Part shown: positions 30,806 to 39,373 of the stretch, one piece after another | Position numbering within the stretch: the stretch's first letter is position 1 | How the letters are laid out: each line of letters opens with the position of its first letter | Assembly: GCA_019057795.1 (NCBI GenBank) | Contig: JAHLWS010000022.1 | Location: forward strand, 13,729 to 77,728 | Reading direction: 5' to 3' | Length of the DNA: 64,000 bases | Source of the DNA: Promethearchaeota archaeon | GTDB taxonomy: Archaea > Asgardarchaeota > Lokiarchaeia > Sigyniarchaeales > SOKP01 | Made by a program: the position numbers and the translations under genes | The notes under the pieces: model-generated | Seen by the model: the letters and a program-made list of their open reading frames with translations, nothing else | Told to the model about the DNA's origin: nothing | Database searches by the model: none

Positions 30806-31279
30806 TTATGAAATTTGAATCGCGATTTGAGAGAAAAAGGTGGTAACCATTATAACAAACAAGATAGTGCCAGCAAGGATAAGATATATCCGTCTTGATT
30901 TTTCATCAAATTGATCATTTAGAGCAAAACTAAAAAATGCTATGACAATAAAGAATAATCCGATATTTACGCCTATTCTCGCAATATTTCCGACAATAAC
31001 TACTTGATAATCCATCCAATAATAAAGAAGAGTAGCTCTTTCAAGTTTTTCGATGTAATCGTTATAACCATATAATCCTTGCATGTAATTCAATTCGTTT
31101 TGCTGGTTTTCTATAAGGAACCATGTATAAGCGTTATCTGCGATAGATTTACTAATCATGAGTATTGTGCCAAAGATTAGTGCTACTAATAATCCATAAA
31201 TAAGGAACTTAGTGGCCTTTTCTTTATCCATTATTGGTAACATGTCATACAACTTTATTTTTCTATCTTCTGTCTCCAT
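30806..31279 (-). CDS. Hypothetical membrane protein
   Basis: 157-aa ORF with three hydrophobic segments. Confidence 0.7.
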   Translation of the reverse strand: METEDRKIKLYDMLPIMDKEKATKFLIYGLLVALIFGTILMISKSIADNAYTWFLIENQQNELNYMQGLYGYNDYIEKLERATLLYYWMDYQVVIVGNIARIGVNIGLFFIVIAFFSFALNDQFDEKSRRIYLILAGTILFVIMVTTFFSQIAIQIS

Positions 31280-31285
31280 TTTGTA

Positions 31286-31960
31286 TCACCTAAGATAATT
31301 TGCTTTTAAAACTGATATTAAAGCGGCCATAAGGTAAATCAAGATAATGAGTACCCCTATTAGAATAAATGAATTATATAATGATTCTCCTGGCCCATCT
31401 ACTTTTATTTGGATGTCAAATAAAACATTTAAATCGGAAGCAGGACCACTATTAGAGCCATAAACGACCACATAATAATCACCTGGCCAAGATATCAGCG
31501 AATCTCCAATTCTATCTCCCATAAATTCTATATAGAAATATATCCCATCGGTAGGCAAAGTTAAGGAATTATCCCCATTAGTACTTACTGCGGGATTAAT
31601 TCCATAGCCAAACTCAGAATAAACAAACTGCAAGCCAGTTGTTATGTTAGAAGTACTATTCAAACTATAAGCTCTCTGGTACTCACTGTTAGCTAAAATT
31701 TTTATGATGACAGTTGAATTTGGATAAAAATTAGAAATTTCAATTATTAATTTCTGATCTTTGTTGAGTGTTACTGGATGAGCGAACGCTTTAGTCATCC
31801 CATCAGCACTATCTTCTTGAATGATTTCAGGTTTACTGTCATAAATAATCATTTTGTCAAGTCCAGTTCCAAATGCAGGTCCTAGAATTAAGAAAATTGC
31901 TCCAATTCCCAAAAATATGAAGGCAATCTTCTTATTTAAAAATATATTCGTTTTTGCCAT
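31286..31960 (-). CDS. Hypothetical membrane-anchored protein with extracellular beta domain
   Basis: N- and C-terminal TM helices flanking a beta-rich domain, 6 bp from the next gene. Confidence 0.7.
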   Translation of the reverse strand: MAKTNIFLNKKIAFIFLGIGAIFLILGPAFGTGLDKMIIYDSKPEIIQEDSADGMTKAFAHPVTLNKDQKLIIEISNFYPNSTVIIKILANSEYQRAYSLNSTSNITTGLQFVYSEFGYGINPAVSTNGDNSLTLPTDGIYFYIEFMGDRIGDSLISWPGDYYVVVYGSNSGPASDLNVLFDIQIKVDGPGESLYNSFILIGVLIILIYLMAALISVLKANYLR

Positions 31961-32187
31961 GTAAACACCATATAGGTTTTCATTATATTTTTGTTAAATT
32001 CTGTTAATTTCAATGTAGGTTAATTAGAAATAAAAAACTGCTCTTTAATTTTATTAACGGATGAATTAAACCAAAATCTAAATATTGATTAAAGAAAAAA
32101 AAAGAGGAAAAAAATGAGATACAAATAAAATTTATGTTGAATTCTTAATTATAATTAATTTTACTAATTGTAAGTTGAGAATTGGTT

Positions 32188-33444
32188 ATGAAAACAGATG
32201 AGTCTTATTCTGATTATATGTACAATTTTATAGATACAATATGTAAGAAGTTTGGACCAAGATATTCTTGTAGTGTTGCTGAAAAGAACGCAAATGTTTG
32301 GATTAAGGAAGAACTTGATAAATTTTGCGACAAGACTTTTATTGACGAGTTTGAAACGCGACCTGCCATGTATCCCCAAGGGTTTATTAAAATTGCAGGA
32401 ATTTTAGGAGGAATTTCTCCCATTTTCATGATATTTCAATTTCCCCTTCCAATATTATCAGCTGTTTTTGTATTTATTGGAATATGGGTCTTGTATTCTG
32501 AAATGATGCTGATGAAGGGATGGATATGGCCATTTTTCAAGAAAAAAACTTCAAGCAATGTATTTGGTATTATCAAGCCTACTGGAGAGGTAAAATTTCG
32601 AATAATATTTGAAGGTCATACGGATAGTGCCAAGGAGATGAATATAGCAAGTTATCCTCCAAAATTAAGCAAGTGGATTGCCATAATAGGGCTATATTTC
32701 TTAGTACATACTATTATCTTTTCTTTATGGAAATTCATCTCGCAAATTATTGGAGAACCCTCAATTATACTATACGATTCAGGTATTATCTCTTGGACTA
32801 TTATTGATCTTGTTTACTTTTTATCACTTATTGCAATTTATCCCTTCTTCATTTGGTTATTAAAAGGGTTTTTGGGAAAAACAGTAGTATTAGGAGCGAA
32901 CGATAATTTAGCTGCTACAGCAGTCGCTTTAGCTATAGGCAAATACTTAAACCAAAATAGACTTAGAAATATTGAAATCTGGATAGGATCACAAGGAAGT
33001 GAGGAAGTTGGAGATAAAGGAGCGGGAGCTTTTGTTGAAAAATACAGCGAACAAGGTATATTAGATAATTCTTATACAGTAGTTTTGGAATGTTGTGGGG
33101 CTGCAGAGGCAATGGCAATTATTGAAAGAGACATGCATAGAGCAATTTACGATAAAGAAATCAATAGCTTACTCGATGAGGCCTACAACGCAGCAAAATC
33201 AGAAAATCCGGACATTTTGAAGTTAAAAAAAGTGAAACTCAAAATTGGTGCGTGTGATGCGTGCCAATACATTCACAAAGGATACAAGGCTTCTGCCATA
33301 TTTGGAGTAGAAGAACATAAAAATAAAGCAGTTAATTGGCATTCGGTTAAAGATACTCCCGAAAATATTAATAAAAAGGTTCTAAAAGATTTTCTCGAAG
33401 TCTCTTTAAAATTCATAGAACTTATCGACAAAAAATATAATTAG
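32188..33444 (+). CDS. M28-family metallopeptidase, membrane-embedded
   Basis: GHTDS, GANDN, GSEEVG, LE, WHS..D motifs plus TM segments. Confidence 0.85.
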   Translation: MKTDESYSDYMYNFIDTICKKFGPRYSCSVAEKNANVWIKEELDKFCDKTFIDEFETRPAMYPQGFIKIAGILGGISPIFMIFQFPLPILSAVFVFIGIWVLYSEMMLMKGWIWPFFKKKTSSNVFGIIKPTGEVKFRIIFEGHTDSAKEMNIASYPPKLSKWIAIIGLYFLVHTIIFSLWKFISQIIGEPSIILYDSGIISWTIIDLVYFLSLIAIYPFFIWLLKGFLGKTVVLGANDNLAATAVALAIGKYLNQNRLRNIEIWIGSQGSEEVGDKGAGAFVEKYSEQGILDNSYTVVLECCGAAEAMAIIERDMHRAIYDKEINSLLDEAYNAAKSENPDILKLKKVKLKIGACDACQYIHKGYKASAIFGVEEHKNKAVNWHSVKDTPENINKKVLKDFLEVSLKFIELIDKKYN

Positions 33445-33488
33445 ATAAATAAAAAAAAAAGAAAAAACGAAAATTTAGGTCTAAATTG

Positions 33489-34931
33489 TTATTTAAATCC
33501 TAATTCTCCTAATTTTACTTGGGTTGCTTGGATTTTTTCAGGTGTAAGGTTATAGAATTTCCAAAAGACAATTGCGCCGATAAAGATAAATATAGCAGGA
33601 ATTAATCCTAAGTGAATTTGGATCCCCACTGCTGCTGATGCGGGCTGGATACTTGGATCTCCACCTTCAATAAACCCAGTTAAAGTATGAACGATAGCGA
33701 ATGTAAGTGTTTGAGCAATAATTCCTATACGTGCAAAAAACTGGGAAAATCCAACATATATTCCCTCTTCACGTTTTCCTGTAATTACAACAGATTCGTC
33801 AATTACATCTGACATGACTGGAAAGATCATAAACCAAAATCCTCCAAGGAAGATACCCCATACAAACATCACAGCAACAACACCCCAATAACTTGTTAAG
33901 AAAAGTAGTGGTAAAGTAGATATTCCTAAACCAACTGCAGAAATTAACATAATCTTCTTGTTATTATTTACTTTATGAGAATATTTAACCCAAAATGGCG
34001 TTGCGACAATCACTCCGACAAGAAAGGAAGCAAATATTAATGTAGCCATAAAATTAACTGTTATGCCTGCCGGTTGGACTATCACATACGCAACAACATA
34101 ATGTATGGAATTCTGCATCGTAACAATCTGGGATTGATACAGTGTATATATTACCATATATATCAGGAAGGATCTTTGCTTTAATGCTATAACTAAGGAC
34201 TTAAAAAAGGAATCTCTTTCTGGATTTCTTTCGTAAGTTACCAGATATTTTTCCACAAGATCTTTATCTTCTCGAAATCCAGGGATTGCCAAAAGCATTC
34301 CAAGTAGACATATTAAAGCAACTATTACTCCTTGTACAATAAATGATTGCAAAACTACAACATGGGGGATTTCTTCACTTGGGTATTTAAAAACTAAAGG
34401 AGGTATTAATGCTCCTAATGCTACTCCAATTACACCGATTGGGATATAGATCCCACTAGCGACTCTTCGTTCTTTAATGGACTGATATTTCTCAGTAAAC
34501 AGTGCCATAAAGTTTACAAAATAGAGTGAATGAAATGTATCAAATAAACACATTGTAAAAAGCAACCATGCAAATATAATCCATGCACCAGATACAGGAT
34601 CTATAACAGGTGGCATATATACAATTATGTAACTGGCACATAAAGGTAGTCCTCCAAGTAACAACCAAGGAAATCTCCTACCAATTTTCTTTGTAAATTT
34701 AAATGGACGGTTAGTTAAGTATCCAATTAAAGGATCGTTGACCATATTATATAAGGCAAATATAAATGTCGCTAAAAATATGACCCATACATCTAGACCG
34801 ATAACAGCTTCGTAATAAAAGAACACTGTGGCCATAAATGCCATATTAATGAATTCTCTTGCCAAGCTACCAGAACCATAAGATGCCATATTCAATTTGC
34901 TATGACGAACTTCTAACTCATCTTCTCCCAT
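33489..34931 (-). CDS. MFS glycoside-pentoside-hexuronide (MelB-like) transporter
   Basis: NDPLIGYLT, GRRFPW, DVIDE...TGKREEGIY motifs. ATG at 34931. Confidence 0.88.
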   Translation of the reverse strand: MGEDELEVRHSKLNMASYGSGSLAREFINMAFMATVFFYYEAVIGLDVWVIFLATFIFALYNMVNDPLIGYLTNRPFKFTKKIGRRFPWLLLGGLPLCASYIIVYMPPVIDPVSGAWIIFAWLLFTMCLFDTFHSLYFVNFMALFTEKYQSIKERRVASGIYIPIGVIGVALGALIPPLVFKYPSEEIPHVVVLQSFIVQGVIVALICLLGMLLAIPGFREDKDLVEKYLVTYERNPERDSFFKSLVIALKQRSFLIYMVIYTLYQSQIVTMQNSIHYVVAYVIVQPAGITVNFMATLIFASFLVGVIVATPFWVKYSHKVNNNKKIMLISAVGLGISTLPLLFLTSYWGVVAVMFVWGIFLGGFWFMIFPVMSDVIDESVVITGKREEGIYVGFSQFFARIGIIAQTLTFAIVHTLTGFIEGGDPSIQPASAAVGIQIHLGLIPAIFIFIGAIVFWKFYNLTPEKIQATQVKLGELGFK

Positions 34932-35282
34932 TGTTAATACCAATTTCTTATAATTTTTTAATTTAAAATAAGTTGTAATTTAACTATTAGATTCTAATGT
35001 TTATAAAATTTTTAGTTTTTATAAAATATTCAATATTTTCATACGAATTAATCCATAATCAAGCTTTTGCTCATTGTTACAGTTCAAAAAGGATTTATTT
35101 TTGTACATTTCAGTTACTAAAATTAGAGATAAACGACTAAAATCCATAAAAAAATAATAGGAAATAACATCAAAAAAAAAGATAAGATTAAAATTATTTT
35201 TATTTATTATGGTTTCTTTTCTAAAAATTCTTTGAATGGTAATGTAAGAACATCTCCGACAATAAAAAGTATAAAAACTAGC

Positions 35283-35412
35283 AATAAGAAAATCGATGTT
35301 ATTAGGAAAAAATACGAGTTAGACGAGTTTATTGAAAATTGTTTAATTTTTGTTCGAATTAAAGATAAAAAATTTAAATTTGGATGGTTGTTCCAAGATA
35401 AAAATAATTATC
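35283..35412 (+). repeat. Diverged ~130-bp repeat, copy 1 (copy 2 at 44645-44773)
   Basis: ...tttattgaaaattgtttaatttttgttcgaattaaagataaaaaatttaaatttggatgg... versus ...tttattgaaaagtttttaatttttgttcggattaattgtaaaaaatataaatttgaatgg... Confidence 0.75.
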
Positions 35413-35737
35413 AAAAATTATTATTAAAAATTGCGTTTTTTAACATTGACTTGATCGGATTGATTTTTAAAACGGTATTAGAGTACGGTAAGGTCTTATT
35501 AGGACATAGGCAAAATCGCTCTTTTTAAAATAACTTATGTTATTTGAGGATCAGATATGTATTTAGTATGTATGGATGAGTTTGAAAAAAAAATTACTCT
35601 TTCCTGAACTTAATTTTTTAATTATTTGAGCTTAAATTATTTAAATTCCATTTGCATCTCCTAACAAGTTTAAACTAGTACGCTTATTTAGTAGAACTCA
35701 AATTTGATTGGGATTAGAGAGGTTTTTAATATAAATG

Positions 35738-35835
35738 TGGTGTCAAAACTACTAAAAATGTACACCAATTATTAAGACATTTCCAACTAAAAGGGTTGGA
35801 AACGGTTGGAAACCATTAAAAACGACGGGACACCA
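35738..35835. repeat. Nested repeat cluster
   Basis: TGGTGTC (35738-35744) and GACACCA (35829-35835) are inverted. They flank TTTCCAAC (35780-35787) and two tandem copies of GGTTGGAAAC (35794-35813). Confidence 0.65.
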
Positions 35836-36155
35836 TAGGACAAAAATACTACAAAAAAACCACCAAAACTACCACATGTTAACAATTGGTTAATAAAGGG
35901 TTAATATATCACTAATCTGTTAGGCACATTCATTTATTAATGTAGAAAAATATTAATTATATAGAAAAAAAGGTGTCATTATAATCTCCAACGAGGACAC
36001 CACACGAAATTACTTCTCCCTTTATTTGGGTTAGTAGGGCTTCCTTACTCTATTTGCCTTGTGTGGTTCATAGGAAACTTGGATAGACGCTTGTTCTATT
36101 TTCAAGATTAGGAAATATTTTAATAAAAATTAATAAACATAAGGTGAAAAAAATA

Positions 36156-36266
36156 ATGGAAATGACACTTCAGGAGTTTTTAAGAATAAAATCCGAGAAG
36201 ATAAAAAAAGCAATTTTGGACGCTATTTTCAGAGAATACGATCAATACGAGGTTGATTATGATTAA
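36156..36266 (+). CDS. Small 36-aa ORF with strong RBS
   Basis: AGGTGA SD, then MEMTLQEFLRIKSEKIKKAILDAIFREYDQYEVDYD. Confidence 0.45.
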   Translation: MEMTLQEFLRIKSEKIKKAILDAIFREYDQYEVDYD

Positions 36267-36443
36267 TTACCTGATAAGTTATTGAATAATAAGTATTACA
36301 AGAAAAATTAAAAGATATTATACTTTTATTACTAATAACTATTAAATAAGTAATCCAGATAAAAATAATAAGGAAATTATTAATGTAAGATAATTAGCGA
36401 TACTTGAATCTGCAGCATCAAATCATAAAAAAACGGCGTTATC

Positions 36444-36659
36444 ATGAAAAGAGAATTTAATATTATTATAGAACAGGATGAAGATGGATATTATATTGCA
36501 AGTGTTCCTGAATTACCTGGATGCCACACTCAAGCTAAATCACTTGATAAGCTGCATGAGCGAATTATTGAAGCAATTGAACTATATATCGAAGTAGATA
36601 AAAAAAAGCTGGAAAAAACTAGTAAATTTTTCGGAATTCAGAAGGCAGAACAACAGTAA
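36444..36659 (+). CDS. hicB: HicB-family antitoxin (short form)
   Basis: IIEQDEDGYYIASVPELPGCHTQAKSLD.L.ERI.EAIELY is the HicB signature. Confidence 0.9.
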   Translation: MKREFNIIIEQDEDGYYIASVPELPGCHTQAKSLDKLHERIIEAIELYIEVDKKKLEKTSKFFGIQKAEQQ

Positions 36660-36757
36660 TTCCTTTTCATAAAAGTGAAAAAATCGGAAGGGGATTATTA
36701 CTAAAAATTTTGAAGGATATTAATATTAGTCGAGAGGAATTCCTAGCACTTCTTTAA
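36641..36757 (+). pseudogene. hicA: HicA toxin remnant (C-terminal half only)
   Basis: EGRTTVIPFHKSEKIGRGLLLKILKDINISREEFLALL*. There is no start codon, an in-frame TAA lies at 36623, and the N-terminal half with the GSH motif is missing. Confidence 0.8.
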
Positions 36758-36910
36758 CTTTATGATTACTTATTAATTGGATCGATTTATCTTTTATCTA
36801 AAATAATAATTCAAATTAACAATTTTAAGATAGCAATAATTCATTGAAATTCTTGTTAAATAATATGTCAATATGCATTTAGATAATATAGACATATATC
36901 GAATTGATCG

Positions 36911-36924
36911 TAAAAGAAACGTTT
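36911..36924 (+). repeat. Candidate attL (14-bp direct repeat TAAAAGAAACGTTT)
   Basis: Identical 14-mer at 53339-53352. The pair brackets the genes from the integrase operon to the tail module. Confidence 0.45.
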
Positions 36925-37025
36925 TAATTCGAAAAAGTGATAAGAAAAGTATAACATTTAAATAAGATGATTGTATTATTTATATTATACAATAAAAACT
37001 AATAAAAAAGAGATGACTCAAAAAA

Positions 37026-37238
37026 ATGGTAAAATGTTTGTTAACCTACGAAAGCGACGATAAAGAATGGATCGAGTCTTTTGAATACATTAAGAAATAC
37101 GAAGCTTTAGCCTATATTATTAGGAGAAAAGAAGACGACGGTTCAATTGACGTAGAGATTAACGAAGTTTGTACTTCTAAAAAAGACCTCATTAAATTAA
37201 GAGATTTTTTGAACGGTTTAAATTTGGAGGGGAATTAA
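37026..37238 (+). CDS. Hypothetical protein (element)
   Basis: 70-aa ORF at the head of the integrase operon. Confidence 0.65.
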   Translation: MVKCLLTYESDDKEWIESFEYIKKYEALAYIIRRKEDDGSIDVEINEVCTSKKDLIKLRDFLNGLNLEGN

Positions 37239-37240
37239 AA

Positions 37241-37762
37241 ATGAGCGCAAAAGTTAAAGTTAGGAAGTTAAAAGCGCCTGAAGACATACGCAAAAAAATG
37301 ATTCATATCATGTTATCCGAACGAGAAATGGCCGAACTCGACGAGTTTAGGGAAGGAACTACTCGAACGGAGTTTATCCGACAAGCTTTAAAAGATAAAT
37401 ACGATAGGATCGAAAACCCTCAATTGTTTATGGGTAATGGCGCTTCCTCAAACAACGATCAAATCTCAGAATTTTTGAGCGAAATTAAAACTACCAACGT
37501 AGAAACTAAAAAAATGTTAAAAAAATTGGTAAGTTTAAACGAAATTAAAACCATACTAAAAAGCGTTCAAGCGATGGCAAATAAACCCGAAATCGAGAAG
37601 AACGAAAAAATAATTGTAGAATTACTAAGAGAAAAGAAAAAGTTAAAACCTTTAAAAATTATCGAACTTACCGGGTTAAGAAATAACGAAGTTTACGACG
37701 TAATTTCAAACGATTTAATGTTTTCAATTAACATGAATGGCGAGGTAATTTTGAATGAATAA
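37241..37762 (+). CDS. Putative DNA-binding regulator (N-terminal RHH-like, C-terminal wHTH-like)
   Basis: IHIMLSE....LDE.....RTEFIRQAL (RHH pattern) and IVELL...KLKP..IIELTGL....VYDVI (wHTH pattern). Confidence 0.6.
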   Translation: MSAKVKVRKLKAPEDIRKKMIHIMLSEREMAELDEFREGTTRTEFIRQALKDKYDRIENPQLFMGNGASSNNDQISEFLSEIKTTNVETKKMLKKLVSLNEIKTILKSVQAMANKPEIEKNEKIIVELLREKKKLKPLKIIELTGLRNNEVYDVISNDLMFSINMNGEVILNE

Positions 37763-38675
37763 TAAGGAAGAATGGCCTTCAAATCGCGAAATTATCGACA
37801 ATTACTTAAATTATTACAATAAGGGTTCTTACTCCTATAACACGCGAAAATCGAGCTTAAATTATTTTTTTAACCAAGAGAATTTTAATTTTAACGGTAA
37901 AATTTTCGAGATCAACACTTCAGTTTTGCTCGATTACCATAAGTTTCTAAAAAGCAAGGATATTACGGTCCAAACGCAAAAAAACAAGTGGAATATTTTA
38001 TCCTCTTTTCTAAATTACACCATGGAATATTACTATAAATTCGATTTCTTGGTAAAAATACCTAAGAAAACTATTAATTGGCGCGGTACTAACGGAAGCG
38101 GTAATAAGAAAGTAAAAGATTTGATCGAAAAATCTGACCTGGAAAGATTATTATTGCATTTTAAATTTAGGAACACGAAACACTACCTTATCTTTAGGTT
38201 GTTTGCCGAAACGGGCATGAGAAAATCTGAATTGCGAAACGTAAAGATTAACGATTTAGATTTGGAAAAGCGAACGATTAAATCTTTTGGTAAGACCGAA
38301 GACGTGGTTTATTATTTTACTAAAGATTTGGCTAAATTTTTGAAGCAATTTATATCAGGACGCAAAAAAGTAGACGTTAATTCCAATATCCTTTTTCTTA
38401 CTAAATACTTCAAAAAATACTCCGATAGGAGTTTTAACTTGCTTTTAAAAGAAGCTTGTAATAATTTAGGAATAGAATCTCATATTACTTGCCACACTTT
38501 TAGATGGACAATAAACACTTATCGAAAATTGATGGGTTGTAGTGGCGAGGATCGTAAAATACTCTTAAATCATCACGTTCAAGGCGTAAACGTTCAAAAT
38601 TATTTAATCTTAGATTACGCGACCTATATTAGCATGTACGATCAATATAATCCTTATACCGAGCTTAAGTATTAA
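37755..38675 (+). CDS. int: Tyrosine recombinase/integrase
   Basis: ETGMRKSEL (R), FGK (K), HTFR (HxxR), LLNH, NY. Catalytic residues appear intact. Confidence 0.92.
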   Translation: MNNKEEWPSNREIIDNYLNYYNKGSYSYNTRKSSLNYFFNQENFNFNGKIFEINTSVLLDYHKFLKSKDITVQTQKNKWNILSSFLNYTMEYYYKFDFLVKIPKKTINWRGTNGSGNKKVKDLIEKSDLERLLLHFKFRNTKHYLIFRLFAETGMRKSELRNVKINDLDLEKRTIKSFGKTEDVVYYFTKDLAKFLKQFISGRKKVDVNSNILFLTKYFKKYSDRSFNLLLKEACNNLGIESHITCHTFRWTINTYRKLMGCSGEDRKILLNHHVQGVNVQNYLILDYATYISMYDQYNPYTELKY

Positions 38676-38938
38676 CAATTTTTATTCTTTTTTTTAATCT
38701 TTTTTTCTATAATTATAATTAAATAAACGTATTATTTAAATATTATAATAAAATCTATTAACCAATTTTTTACGTCGATATATTTTACTATTTTAATAGT
38801 AAAAAATGTAAGTGTATAATACGCTTCTATTAATTCAATAAAATAGAAGACTATATATATTCAATTTGTTATATTAATGTGAGAATATAGTTCTATTGAA
38901 TTGTATTCTAATAAAATATAAAAACGAGGTTAGAAAAT

Positions 38939-39073
38939 ATGGAACACGATAAAAATATAGGAATTAACAAAAAACTTCACATGCGAGTCAAATTAAAAGC
39001 AACTAAGGAAGAAAAAACGATTAAAGACTTCGTTAGTGAAGCAATAGAAACAAAATTAGAGGTTGAGGATTAA
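38939..39073 (+). CDS. 44-aa ribbon-helix-helix (CopG/ParG-like) protein
   Basis: Manual translation MEHDKNIGINKKLHMRVKLKATKEEKTIKDFVSEAIETKLEVED, preceded by a GAGGT SD. Not in the ORF track. Confidence 0.75.
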   Translation: MEHDKNIGINKKLHMRVKLKATKEEKTIKDFVSEAIETKLEVED

Positions 39074-39238
39074 ATGGCAATAAGCAACCTTAACCTAACA
39101 AACCAAAATCTAACTACAATTAAAAGATTGATGTATTCGCGTTTAGATACGCTATTCCAGAAAATAAATAATGGAGATGGTACGAATTCTGAAAATAAAA
39201 GTAAACTTGGTAACTCCGAACCCCAGGAAGAAGAGTAG
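39074..39238 (+). CDS. 54-aa hypothetical protein, directly coupled (TAA-ATG) to the RHH gene
   Basis: MAISNLNLTNQNLTTIKRLMYSRLDTLFQKINNGDG...EEE*. Confidence 0.5.
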   Translation: MAISNLNLTNQNLTTIKRLMYSRLDTLFQKINNGDGTNSENKSKLGNSEPQEEE

Positions 39239-39373
39239 AAAAAAAGGATCATATTCGCTTTATCCGGGCTTATTAGATTCTTTTTTTCTATTTAATAGAA
39301 TATCTTACGAATTTTTAAATCTTACCATTTTAAAGGGTTTTTGCGATAAAAATCAAAAGAGGTCGATCGCAAA

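Noticed and set aside
35232-35528. 98-aa ORF as a real gene
   Set aside because: It has a TTG start without an SD and low-complexity AT-rich sequence. The homologous repeat copy at 44.7 kb does not keep the frame.
35780-35813. Chromosomal oriC (ORB boxes)
   Set aside because: The resemblance to ORB is only partial and no orc1/cdc6 gene is in the window. Kept only as an unexplained repeat cluster.
34944-37025. CRISPR array or tRNA integration target in the long intergenic region
   Set aside because: There is no regular repeat-spacer periodicity and no cloverleaf or TTCGAA T-arm in a tRNA context.
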